DNA of 64,000 nt from a virus (lineage: Duplodnaviria; Caudoviricetes), in the IMG/VR virus record IMGVR_UViG_3300021425_002620. One strand, given 5' to 3'. The notes below the pieces were generated by a model. That model saw only the letters and a program-made list of their open reading frames with translations. It did not search any database and had not been told where the DNA came from. A program made the translations under genes and the position numbers. Every line of letters starts with the position of its first letter. The first letter of the stretch is position 1. Below are positions 46,911-56,700 of the stretch, piece after piece.

Positions 46911-49009
46911 TGCCATACGAGATTCCATTTACTGACAGAGTTAATAAAGGTACGATAGTTGTAGAAGATCGTGAAATTAATGATAGTGCTACAAGTATTA
47001 GTTTTCTCGGAAGGCAAGCAACAGGATACGGACAAGCAATCGCTGAAAACTTCCTCCATATGCTGGAAAATTTTGCAAGTATTCAACCTCCAGAAAATCC
47101 TGTAGAAGGCCAAACATGGTATGACACAACAGTTGGAACAGAACAATTAAAAGTTTATGACGGAACAAACTGGGTAGCAGCTGGAGGCATTAAAAAAGGA
47201 ACAACAGAGCCCGACTTAGGTTTAAGTTTAACCGGAGATCTTTGGGTAGATACAGCAAATCAACAGTTATATTTGAATAACGGTGCAAGTTGGTTGCTTG
47301 TTGGACCAGAGTTTAGCGGCGGCCTTGGATCAGGGTTACAAGCAGAACAGATTTTAGGAACTGATGACCAGCTTCATATTGTATTAAAAGTTGAAGTTGC
47401 TAACATTCCAGTTGCTATTATTACTAGTGATGCATTTACTCCTAAATCAACTATTAGAGGTTATACAGAACTTAAACCGGGTATAAACTTAACAACAAGA
47501 AATATTTCTGGAGGTGTACTAAAATACCGCGGATTAGCCGAAGCTGCCGAATCGTTGCGTGTAGGTACAACAAATATTGAATCTACAAACTTTATAAGAG
47601 GAGACATCGATTATAACTCTTATGGAGTATTAAGAATAAAAAATGATAACGGTGCAGAATTTGGAACTAATGGTCAATTAACAGCAAAAGCATCAGGTAA
47701 TGTTGCAATACTTCAAAGTAATATTAATGGTGCTAGCCTTGATATAAAAACAAAAGACGCCAGCGGTTATAGCACCATTATTAAAGCAACTAGCACCAAG
47801 TATGTTGGTATTAATAATTCTAACCCTCAAGTTTCGTTAGATGTAACCGGAAGTGCTAAAATTAGTGATGCTATAGAAATTGGAAATACTGACGAAGCAG
47901 ATGCTACATTTGGAGATGATCTTAGTTTAGGATCTATAGTAACTTCAGGCGGTATGAGTATTGCTAAAAATTTAAAAATTGGTACTAATTTATTAGTAAA
48001 AGGAACAACAGCTTTTGGCAATTCAATTACAGTTGATCCTGATGCAGTTACACAACCATCTATTGGTACAGACGATTATAGATTTAAAGATGTATATGCA
48101 GATACCTTCCATGGATTTTTTAAAGGATCAGTTGAAGGTACAATTACAGGTGCAGCATCAAGTGCTGCTAAACTAACAAACAGAACTACATTCAAAGTTA
48201 CAGGTGATGTTACAGCAGACGATGTAATCTTTGACGGTTCTGGAGAACTTACAAAAACATTTGATATTACGGTTAACAGTGATTTTATTACAACAAAAAC
48301 TGATGTAACAGAGTTACAAAACGGTGATGAAGTTTTGATTAACAGAACTACCGGCGACACTGGTATTTTTAAAATTACTAAAACTAATTTCTTAAAAGAT
48401 GTTCCAAAAAATCCAGTGGGGATGATTGTTCCTTTTGCAGGTGATATTGCACCGCCTGGATGGTTTTTATGTGATGGAACAATATTACGTCAAGCTGACG
48501 CAGTAGCATTATTTAATGTTATTGGTTATAAGTTTAAATCTCAATCAGATCTCGATGATGAAGGAATTCAGTCAACTGCATTTTTTGCTCTTCCGGACTT
48601 GAGAGGTAGAATGCCGTTGGGTGCTGATAATATGGGCGACCTTCCAGCAGATCGAGTAACAAATATTGCAGCTGATACAATTGGTCTTTCGGGCGGTAGT
48701 GAAGCTAAAGACATAAAAATAGAAAACTTACCAGAACACGAGCATGATTTAAAATCACCAGGCGGTATTGGACATTACGCAATACGTGATGACGAAGTAG
48801 CACTAGCAGATGCACAAAGTGGTAACGTACAGAGTTTGAATATTTCAACAGGCACAGCAACTACTAGTGGTCTTGCTTCTTCGGGTGGAATTGACGGCGG
48901 CGGCCCAACAGGAAATGGTGTGTTTAGAGGAGCAGAGCAGTTAGGTGCAGCATTAGAAATTATGCCTCCATACTTAACAATAAATTATATAATATTTGCA
49001 GACACCTAA
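46910..49009 (+). CDS. Tail fibre/short fibre protein with tail-collar domain (gp10/gp12-like)
   Basis: Collar motif PVGMIVPFAGDIAPPGWFLCDG..., LPDLRGR.P.G, NLPEHEH and MPPYLTINYII. Confidence 0.8.
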   Translation: MPYEIPFTDRVNKGTIVVEDREINDSATSISFLGRQATGYGQAIAENFLHMLENFASIQPPENPVEGQTWYDTTVGTEQLKVYDGTNWVAAGGIKKGTTEPDLGLSLTGDLWVDTANQQLYLNNGASWLLVGPEFSGGLGSGLQAEQILGTDDQLHIVLKVEVANIPVAIITSDAFTPKSTIRGYTELKPGINLTTRNISGGVLKYRGLAEAAESLRVGTTNIESTNFIRGDIDYNSYGVLRIKNDNGAEFGTNGQLTAKASGNVAILQSNINGASLDIKTKDASGYSTIIKATSTKYVGINNSNPQVSLDVTGSAKISDAIEIGNTDEADATFGDDLSLGSIVTSGGMSIAKNLKIGTNLLVKGTTAFGNSITVDPDAVTQPSIGTDDYRFKDVYADTFHGFFKGSVEGTITGAASSAAKLTNRTTFKVTGDVTADDVIFDGSGELTKTFDITVNSDFITTKTDVTELQNGDEVLINRTTGDTGIFKITKTNFLKDVPKNPVGMIVPFAGDIAPPGWFLCDGTILRQADAVALFNVIGYKFKSQSDLDDEGIQSTAFFALPDLRGRMPLGADNMGDLPADRVTNIAADTIGLSGGSEAKDIKIENLPEHEHDLKSPGGIGHYAIRDDEVALADAQSGNVQSLNISTGTATTSGLASSGGIDGGGPTGNGVFRGAEQLGAALEIMPPYLTINYIIFADT

Positions 49010-49021
49010 GGATAAGAACTA

Positions 49022-50857
49022 ATGGCATATACAATTAACAGAACTGACGGAACTTTACTAGTAGAGCTGATTGACGGAATACTTGATGTCGATACTACAG
49101 ACATAAGTTTAGTAGGTAGAAACTACACAGGATTTGGAGAAGCAGTAAACGAAAACTTTATTAAGTTGCTTGAAAACTTTGCTAACACTAATCAGCCATC
49201 TGCTCCGCTTACAGGTCAGCTTTGGTACGATAAGTCAGAAAATAAGTTAAAGGTGTTTGATGGAGAAACCTTTCAGTCTGCAGCAGGTTCTTTTATCAGT
49301 GAAACATTTCCATCAGGTCCTATTCCAGGAGACACTTGGTTTAGTACTATTGATAAGCAGTTTTATTTGTTTACCGGAACAGATTGGCAATTAATTGGTC
49401 CTGCATATACTTCGTCGCAAGGAACTAGTGGTATTGTAGTTGACTCTATTGATGATTTAAACCTTACACCAATTACAGTATTAAAATTAGTTATAAACGA
49501 AAGTTTAGTTGCGGTACTTTCAAACATAGAATTTATTCCAAACCAGTTACCAACTAATATTGTTCAAGGATTAGTCACAGAGTCAAATCCAACAGGTACA
49601 ATATATAAAGGTTGGAATCTTGTAGACCAAATAGGATTTGTTTATCGTGGCACTACTAGAAATGCACAAAACTTATTATCAGCAGCAGGAAGAGAACTTC
49701 CTGCAAGTGAATTTTTACAAAGTTCTACAGATAACATAGTTTCAAGATTATTTACTATTGACAATGATGGTGGTTTAGTTATCGGTAGTGGACAAGAAGG
49801 ACGTTTTGTTGTTGATGACGGTGTATCTATAAGAAGTACGGAATTAGGTTTCGACTTTAATATCGATGTTAACAGTAGTGCAGATCCGGTTGCTAGAACA
49901 ACTGCAATTAAAATTAAGCCAAACACAAAACGTGTTGGTATATTCCAATCTAATCCGCAATATAATTTAGATGTTACAGGTAGTGCAAGAATTACAGGCG
50001 ACTTAATTGTTGAAGGTGATCAAGTTACTACTAATGTTACAACACTTGATGTTGAAGATAAAAATATTGAATTAGGATCAGTTGCAGGACCAACTGACAA
50101 TACAGCAGACGGTGGCGGCATTACACTTAAAGGTTCTACAGATAAAACAATTAATTGGTATAATTTAACAAACAGTTGGACATCTTCAGAACATTTTGAT
50201 TTGGTAGCAGGACGTGAATATAGAATTGAGAACACACAAGTTCTATCGGCAACAACACTAGGTAACGGAGTAACTAACAGTAATTTAGAAAACTTAGGAA
50301 CACTTACTAGTTTAACAGTTAATACTACTAGATTGGTTAATAATATTCTAACACGTACTGGAGGCTTAACAGGATTCCAAATTAATGTTGGAGGAGATAT
50401 TAATGTAACTTCTAGTAAAATTGTTAATATGACAGAGCCTACAGATGATTACGATGCTGCTAACAAAATTTATGTTGATAGAACAATACAAACAGAACCA
50501 ATTATTTTCAGCATGGATTTAACTGGTTATGTTTCGGGTGAATACAACGATAGATTGATTGACTATCTAAACGATTTATATCCTCCTAGTGCATTTGCAG
50601 AAGGTAAAAAAGCAAGAGTTGCTTGCTATTACTACGGAAACCAATCAACAGACCCAATTGACGTTGCAACAAACTCGTCAACTACTACAGTAGAGGTTAA
50701 TGCAGCAGCAGGCGGCACGGTAAGTGTGTTACAAGGTATTAATTTACCAAACAGTTTAACGCCGTCATTTACATTAAGCATTACAAGAGAAACAAGATAC
50801 TTTATTATCAATAATTTAGGAAATTGGATAGTGAATAGTGACACTAATAACCTATAA
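49022..50857 (+). CDS. Tail fibre/baseplate connector protein
   Basis: Shares its N-terminal domain (GRNYTGFGEAVNENF..LLENFA..P..P..GQLWYD) with both neighbours; beta-rich fibre segments. Confidence 0.7.
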   Translation: MAYTINRTDGTLLVELIDGILDVDTTDISLVGRNYTGFGEAVNENFIKLLENFANTNQPSAPLTGQLWYDKSENKLKVFDGETFQSAAGSFISETFPSGPIPGDTWFSTIDKQFYLFTGTDWQLIGPAYTSSQGTSGIVVDSIDDLNLTPITVLKLVINESLVAVLSNIEFIPNQLPTNIVQGLVTESNPTGTIYKGWNLVDQIGFVYRGTTRNAQNLLSAAGRELPASEFLQSSTDNIVSRLFTIDNDGGLVIGSGQEGRFVVDDGVSIRSTELGFDFNIDVNSSADPVARTTAIKIKPNTKRVGIFQSNPQYNLDVTGSARITGDLIVEGDQVTTNVTTLDVEDKNIELGSVAGPTDNTADGGGITLKGSTDKTINWYNLTNSWTSSEHFDLVAGREYRIENTQVLSATTLGNGVTNSNLENLGTLTSLTVNTTRLVNNILTRTGGLTGFQINVGGDINVTSSKIVNMTEPTDDYDAANKIYVDRTIQTEPIIFSMDLTGYVSGEYNDRLIDYLNDLYPPSAFAEGKKARVACYYYGNQSTDPIDVATNSSTTTVEVNAAAGGTVSVLQGINLPNSLTPSFTLSITRETRYFIINNLGNWIVNSDTNNL

Positions 50858-50861
50858 TGAA

Positions 50862-50867
50862 TAAATA
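50862..50867 (+). promoter_or_regulatory. Late promoter TAAATA
   Basis: ATAAATAC upstream of a GAGG SD and the ATG at 50899. Confidence 0.7.
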
Positions 50868-50898
50868 CAGTACAAGATACATTATTGAGGACACTTAA

Positions 50899-52368
50899 AT
50901 GGCATATACTATAGACAGATTCAGCAAGACCCCTTTAACAACAGTTGAAGATGGTACGCTAAATGAAACAACAGACATAAAGTTTGTTGGTAAAAATTAT
51001 GCAGGTTATGGAGAAGTACATAATGAAAACTTCCTGCATATGATGGAACATTTTGCAGGAGCAAATCAACCACCTAAACCTGTAAGCGGACAAATTTGGT
51101 ACGACACAGGCTCAGACAGAATGAAGTTCCGTGATGAAAACAGTTCATGGCGTTCAATTGGAGGCGCAGAAGTTTCAGGAACACAACCAGCTGGATTAGC
51201 ACAGGGTGATTTTTGGTGGGATAGTGCAAACGAACAACTATATGTATACAATGGCGCAACGTTTATCTTGATTGGTCCTCAAGACGCAGGCGAAGGTGTT
51301 ACACAAATGGTTAGTCAAACCATACTTAACTCTGCAGATGTATCTAAAAGTATTATTGTTGCATATGTAAATGATGTTGCACAGTTTGTTATTTCAAATG
51401 AAGCGTTTACTATTAAACCAGTTGAAGGAAATAGTATTTCAGGTTTTGATGATATTAAAGCAGGTATTACTTTACGTGATGCAAACAGCACTACTGGTGT
51501 TAGTAGTTCTAAATTTTGGGGAACAGCAGCAAACGCTGAAAGACTAGGAGGAATTGATGCTTCTAGTTTTGTTCAAGCAGGAAATGCAATATTTAATGAT
51601 CAAATAGAATTGGCAAATGGTTTAGTTGTTAACAATGTTTTTGAATTTATTACAAACAATACCGCAGGAGTAATTAAAAACTCTAGTGGACCAGACAATG
51701 AAATACATTTTATTACACTTGACGCAACAAGTCAACCAGTACATTCAATAACTATTAATGCAAATGGTTTGTTACCAGGTACAACTGCTGGTGATTACCA
51801 TCTTGGTACTAGTGATAAATCCTTTGATCAAGTATGGTCAGAAGAATTTAAAGGAACAGCAGATCAAGCAGACAAATTAAAAATAGGTTTAACTGGAAGT
51901 AGTTACACTTATGCCAGTGAAACAGCAACAGCATCAACTATAGCAGTCCGTGATAGTAATAATACTATTTCAGCAGATATATTTGAAGGTGTAGCAACAA
52001 GTGCAAGATTTGCTGACTTGGCTGAAAAATATACAACAGAAAAGATTTGGCCAGTTGGTACAGTTATGTACATATGCGAAGACCCTGCATTTGAAGCAGC
52101 ACCTGCTCAACTAGATTCCTATCCAATTGGCGTAGTTTCAGCTGATCCAGCATACTTAATGAACTCAGCAATTAAAGGACAAGCACTTGCACTTGAAGGT
52201 CGTGTTCCAGTCAGAGTTGTAGGATCTGTAGTAAAAGGTGATAAATTATATGTAGATGCCGAAGGTACTGCAAGCACTCACTTTAATGGTAACCCATTAA
52301 TAGGAATAGCATTAGAATCAAATTCAGCTGAAGAAGAAAAGTTAGTAGAGTGTATATTACGCCTTTAA
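50899..52368 (+). CDS. Tail fibre protein with a C-terminal peptidase G2-like intramolecular chaperone
   Basis: Same N-terminal domain as the two preceding genes; C-terminal ADLAEKY, IGVVS..PAYLMN, GRVPV.V.G...KGD and IG.ALE. Confidence 0.7.
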   Translation: MAYTIDRFSKTPLTTVEDGTLNETTDIKFVGKNYAGYGEVHNENFLHMMEHFAGANQPPKPVSGQIWYDTGSDRMKFRDENSSWRSIGGAEVSGTQPAGLAQGDFWWDSANEQLYVYNGATFILIGPQDAGEGVTQMVSQTILNSADVSKSIIVAYVNDVAQFVISNEAFTIKPVEGNSISGFDDIKAGITLRDANSTTGVSSSKFWGTAANAERLGGIDASSFVQAGNAIFNDQIELANGLVVNNVFEFITNNTAGVIKNSSGPDNEIHFITLDATSQPVHSITINANGLLPGTTAGDYHLGTSDKSFDQVWSEEFKGTADQADKLKIGLTGSSYTYASETATASTIAVRDSNNTISADIFEGVATSARFADLAEKYTTEKIWPVGTVMYICEDPAFEAAPAQLDSYPIGVVSADPAYLMNSAIKGQALALEGRVPVRVVGSVVKGDKLYVDAEGTASTHFNGNPLIGIALESNSAEEEKLVECILRL

Positions 52369-52383
52369 AATATTGGAGGAAAA

Positions 52384-53700
52384 ATGACCAACCGTATTGG
52401 AGAAGTAATTACATCTTCTACATTCAATGCAATTCGAGGACGAGTTAATCGGGTATTAGGAGTAGGTGACGGAACAACTCAAGGTTATGGTTTAGAACTC
52501 CAAAGCCAAGCAAAAGGTGACGGAGAAACTATTACCGCTGCTGACATGATTGCTCTATATAACGATATAGTCAGAGCAAGAATACACCAAAAAGGATCAA
52601 ATGATTTAGAGTGGACTAACCCTGAAGGTCTTGCTCCACCAAGTTCTGACGAAATTATTGGATATTATGCAGCCGATGTTAACGATTTGCCTAATCAAAC
52701 AAATAATACATATAACTTACTATGGGTGGACGGCGACAGAGGCATTGGGTTATACAATCCTTTGTTAGCAGGATCTGATTTAGAATTAAGAATTGTAACT
52801 AATGGTAGACTTTACGAAGTTAATATTACAGACGAAGGACAGGGATTTTCAGTAGGAGACACTATTTTAATTCCTGGAACTTTAGTGGGAGGTAGTTCTC
52901 CAGCAAATGATCTTACTATTACAGTAGTTACTATAGGGTCAAATGGAAATATTACATTTATCGATCCTGCACTACAAACAGGTGAAGCTAAGCCGCAACA
53001 GAGTTCATTAGGTGCTACAGAAGACATTAATGAAGGCTTTCAAGATTATCTTGATGCAGTTACAGACATTGAAAATGATAAAGATTTGATTGGACCCGGA
53101 CAGTCTTCAATAAAAATTGTTGCAACTTCGTCAAGAACATCTACATGGTCGAGTATAATTTATCATGCATTTGAAATAGAATGGGATACTGCTGATAATA
53201 GACGATACTTTTTTAATACAGGCGGAGAAATTAGATTTAATGCTAGTCTTACTGGAGGACTATCTGTACCTGGTACAGGAACAGCAGCGCCACCGAGCGT
53301 AAAAGATGAAATTTGGCAGTCTATGCTAGATAACGTTGGTACTGTATTTTTTGGAAAAAACAGAGTGTACGGAAACGGTACTGAAGGTACTGGAGTTGAA
53401 TATGGAAACTTTAGTGGAACTACAGAAGTTGACTGGGAATCAACATCTTCAGAAAATAGATTAAAAGTTTTTTCACAGACTGGAGTTGGAATTTATAGCG
53501 AAAATGAATATTATATTGATGTGTTTCAAAAGTCTGATACTATATTATCTTTTCAAATAGTTTTTAATGACGCAGATTTAGGCGATCCTAATGAAGATGA
53601 ATTTGTTACTGGTAGAATAGATACTTCGGTTAGTCTTAAATTAATTACTGGAGAACTAGCAGTTCCTGAACCAACTATTTTTGAAAGATCAGAATTATAA
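52384..53700 (+). CDS. Virion structural/fibre-associated protein, paralog of the N-terminus of the next gene
   Basis: Shares LYND.V.AR.HQKGSN.L.W, RYFFNTGGE and F.DADLG motifs with 53745..57596. Confidence 0.65.
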   Translation: MTNRIGEVITSSTFNAIRGRVNRVLGVGDGTTQGYGLELQSQAKGDGETITAADMIALYNDIVRARIHQKGSNDLEWTNPEGLAPPSSDEIIGYYAADVNDLPNQTNNTYNLLWVDGDRGIGLYNPLLAGSDLELRIVTNGRLYEVNITDEGQGFSVGDTILIPGTLVGGSSPANDLTITVVTIGSNGNITFIDPALQTGEAKPQQSSLGATEDINEGFQDYLDAVTDIENDKDLIGPGQSSIKIVATSSRTSTWSSIIYHAFEIEWDTADNRRYFFNTGGEIRFNASLTGGLSVPGTGTAAPPSVKDEIWQSMLDNVGTVFFGKNRVYGNGTEGTGVEYGNFSGTTEVDWESTSSENRLKVFSQTGVGIYSENEYYIDVFQKSDTILSFQIVFNDADLGDPNEDEFVTGRIDTSVSLKLITGELAVPEPTIFERSEL

Positions 53701-53706
53701 TTTACA

Positions 53707-53712
53707 TAAATA
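53707..53712 (+). promoter_or_regulatory. Late promoter TAAATA
   Basis: CATAAATA upstream of the ATG at 53745. Confidence 0.65.
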
Positions 53713-53744
53713 TACATACAATTAGAATTTAAAGGGAAACAAAC

Positions 53745-56700
53745 ATGCCGTTACAAATAGGAAGCGTAATTAGCAGAGCTGAGTATAATGCAATTCAGGC
53801 AAAAATTGCATCAGTTTTGGGCGACAACAATGTAGATCCAGAATTTGGATACGGTCGCGCCCTTGAGAGTTCACAGATTACAACTTCAAAAGTTATTGAG
53901 TCTGAAGATATGCTGGCTCTATACAATGATTTAGTTAAAGCAAGAACTCATCAAAAAGGATCAAACAATTTAGCATGGACTGGAGATGGTTTAGCTTCTC
54001 CGAGTGACGGAGAATTTATCGGAGTAGATGCAGCCGATATTGGAGCAAATCCACTAGATCCAGATGATATAAGTTCTACATATGCTTCTGCTGATACTAC
54101 AGAAGGTTTTGCAGATTTTGATTCAGCAGCTGATGATATTGTTACAGATCATGATCTTCTTGGCCCAGGACAAATGTCAATAATGGCAGGCACAACTTCG
54201 GTTAGAGATACCCAATGGGGCGGTAATGATGTTAGTGCTCCGGGTAGCTCTATCAATCATACAATTACAGTTACATGGGCAAATGCAGACGAGCGTAGAT
54301 ACTTTTTTAATACAGGCGGAGAATTACAATTTTCAGCAGACAATCAGCAGTCCGTTGCACTTCCAGACAATGCAAAAACTTTAAATTGGCGTAGTATGCT
54401 TAGTACACAAGGCGCCATTGTCTTTGGTAAAAACAGCACCGCAGCTAGTGGTACAAACCCGGGCAGCGGATCATCAATAGGTAATTTTTATTCACAATGG
54501 TCTAATACAAGTTCTAGTAACCCTGTAACAATATATACTAAAAGTGGTTCAGGTGTTTATGCTGAAAATAATTATACTATTAAAGCATGGGAAACAGCGT
54601 CAAACAGTTTAAGATTTGATATTATTTTCCAAGACGCAGATTTAGGTGAAGGCGGCCCTGCTCCAGATACTCCAGTTGACGAATTTGTTAAAGGGGAAAC
54701 AACTAGTTATCTTAATTACAAAGTAGCCACTGGCCTAGGTTTAACTAAGCCTGCTAACACTAACAACAGCACACTAAGTGGCTCGGCTAGTGGACAAACA
54801 AATTTAAGTATTAGTGTTGAAGACGGCGCAGGAAATACTATAACAGAAGTTGACGAAGGCGGCACAGTAGTATTCAAAGTTGAAACTGTTAATGTTGCAA
54901 CAGGAACAGAATTTAGTTATACTATTAGTGGCACCAATGTACAGCAAGAAGATATTAGTTTACCAGGTACATCAGGAACTATTACAATTGATAACAGCGG
55001 CCTCGCAGAAGTTTCTATGGTAATTAATGAAGATGAAACAACAGAAGGTATTGAAACACTAGTATTTACAGTTAGTGGTTTTGGCCCAACTGGTATAAGT
55101 TCATCTGTTACTATTAATGATACTAGCCAAAATGTTCAGTTTGCTCTAAGAGCTCAAACAAATAGTGTGAACGAAGGCGAAACAGTAGGTTATTGGTTAG
55201 ATGGAGGACAGACTGAACTTGATGGAGAAACAATATATTGGGATATTGATCCTCCTGCTAATGAATGGGTTGAAGCATCAGGTACTTTTGTATACGATGC
55301 TACTGCAACTTATAATGCAGCAAATCCTGCATTTACAATAACACCTGCACTAGACGAAGTTCTCAACGACTATTACTACGTAGATGTTAACATAAGAAGA
55401 AACGGACCAGACCAGCCTATAATTAGTAGCCAAGGTATTAATGTTTACAGTACTACTGAAGATCCATTTACGTTTAAGATTGACACAGCAGTAATTTATG
55501 ACGGTGATGGTGTTTCGTCTGGATTAAGAGGTAACTTTGATGATAAAAAGTTTACGTTCTATTTCCAATCTGATTCAGGAAATCTATCAGATATTGAATT
55601 TAGAGTAAGACCGATCAGCGGCGGCACACTTGTAAGTCCTAGTTTTGGTCCTACACAATATTTTAATTATACTGCAACTAGTTCTTCTTATACACAAATA
55701 ACATGGGAATTTAGTGCTGCAACAGTTGCTGAAATAGATGTTACGGGCAGAGGTAAGTTTACTTTTGGAACAGATACAAACTATAGTTTTAAAGACGCAC
55801 TTGGTGGTGATCAACAAGAATTTAAAGATAATGGATCTAAAGTTATAGATGTTATAAATTGGGGTAGAGAGTTTGAATTTACCTCGTTTGATTATATGTT
55901 TAATAACTGTCCGTTAACTATATTAACAGATACATCTAATCCATTTGCAAATCATACTGTTACAAATTGTGCAGGTATGTTTTTTAAGTGTAAAGACTTT
56001 ACTGGTCAATTATCAGGACTAAATTCATGGAATGTGAGTAGCGTTACAACAATGAATCAAATGTTCTTAGGTTGTACAGCGTTTACAGGTCCTATTAGTA
56101 ACTGGAGTGTGGGCAACGTTACAGATATGAAGAGCATGTTTGAACGAGCTCACTTGTTTAATACCGATATAGGCGGTTGGATAACAAGTAATGTAACTGA
56201 TATGACATCTATGTTTGAATGTGAGCATGACAATTCAACATACCCTCCAGCTAATCAGGGTACATTTAATCAAGATATTAGTGGCTGGGACGTAACGTCT
56301 GTTACAGGTATGAACAGAATGTTCTTCAATCATCAAGGATTTAACCAAAGTCTTACAGCATGGTGTGTTGATCATTTAGGCGGTACTAACCAACCAGTAG
56401 GATTTAATGGCGGTGAGTCTGCTTTAACTAATGCTAACTTGCCAGTGTGGGGAACCTGTGGCGGCGTAGTACCTCCAGGTTCGCTTCCAATCACTTTTGA
56501 AATTATCGGCGGCGGAGGCGGAGGAGCCGGACAAGGATTCTTCGGACAAGCTGACGGCAGCGCCGGTGGCACCACTAGTATAACATTTAGCCAAGCAGTT
56601 GGATTACCAGCTGCTACGTCTCAAGGCGGAGCCGGCGGCGCTAATGGAGCTAATGCTACTGATGGTGAATCGAGTGCGTATGGTTCAGGCGGTCCACAAG

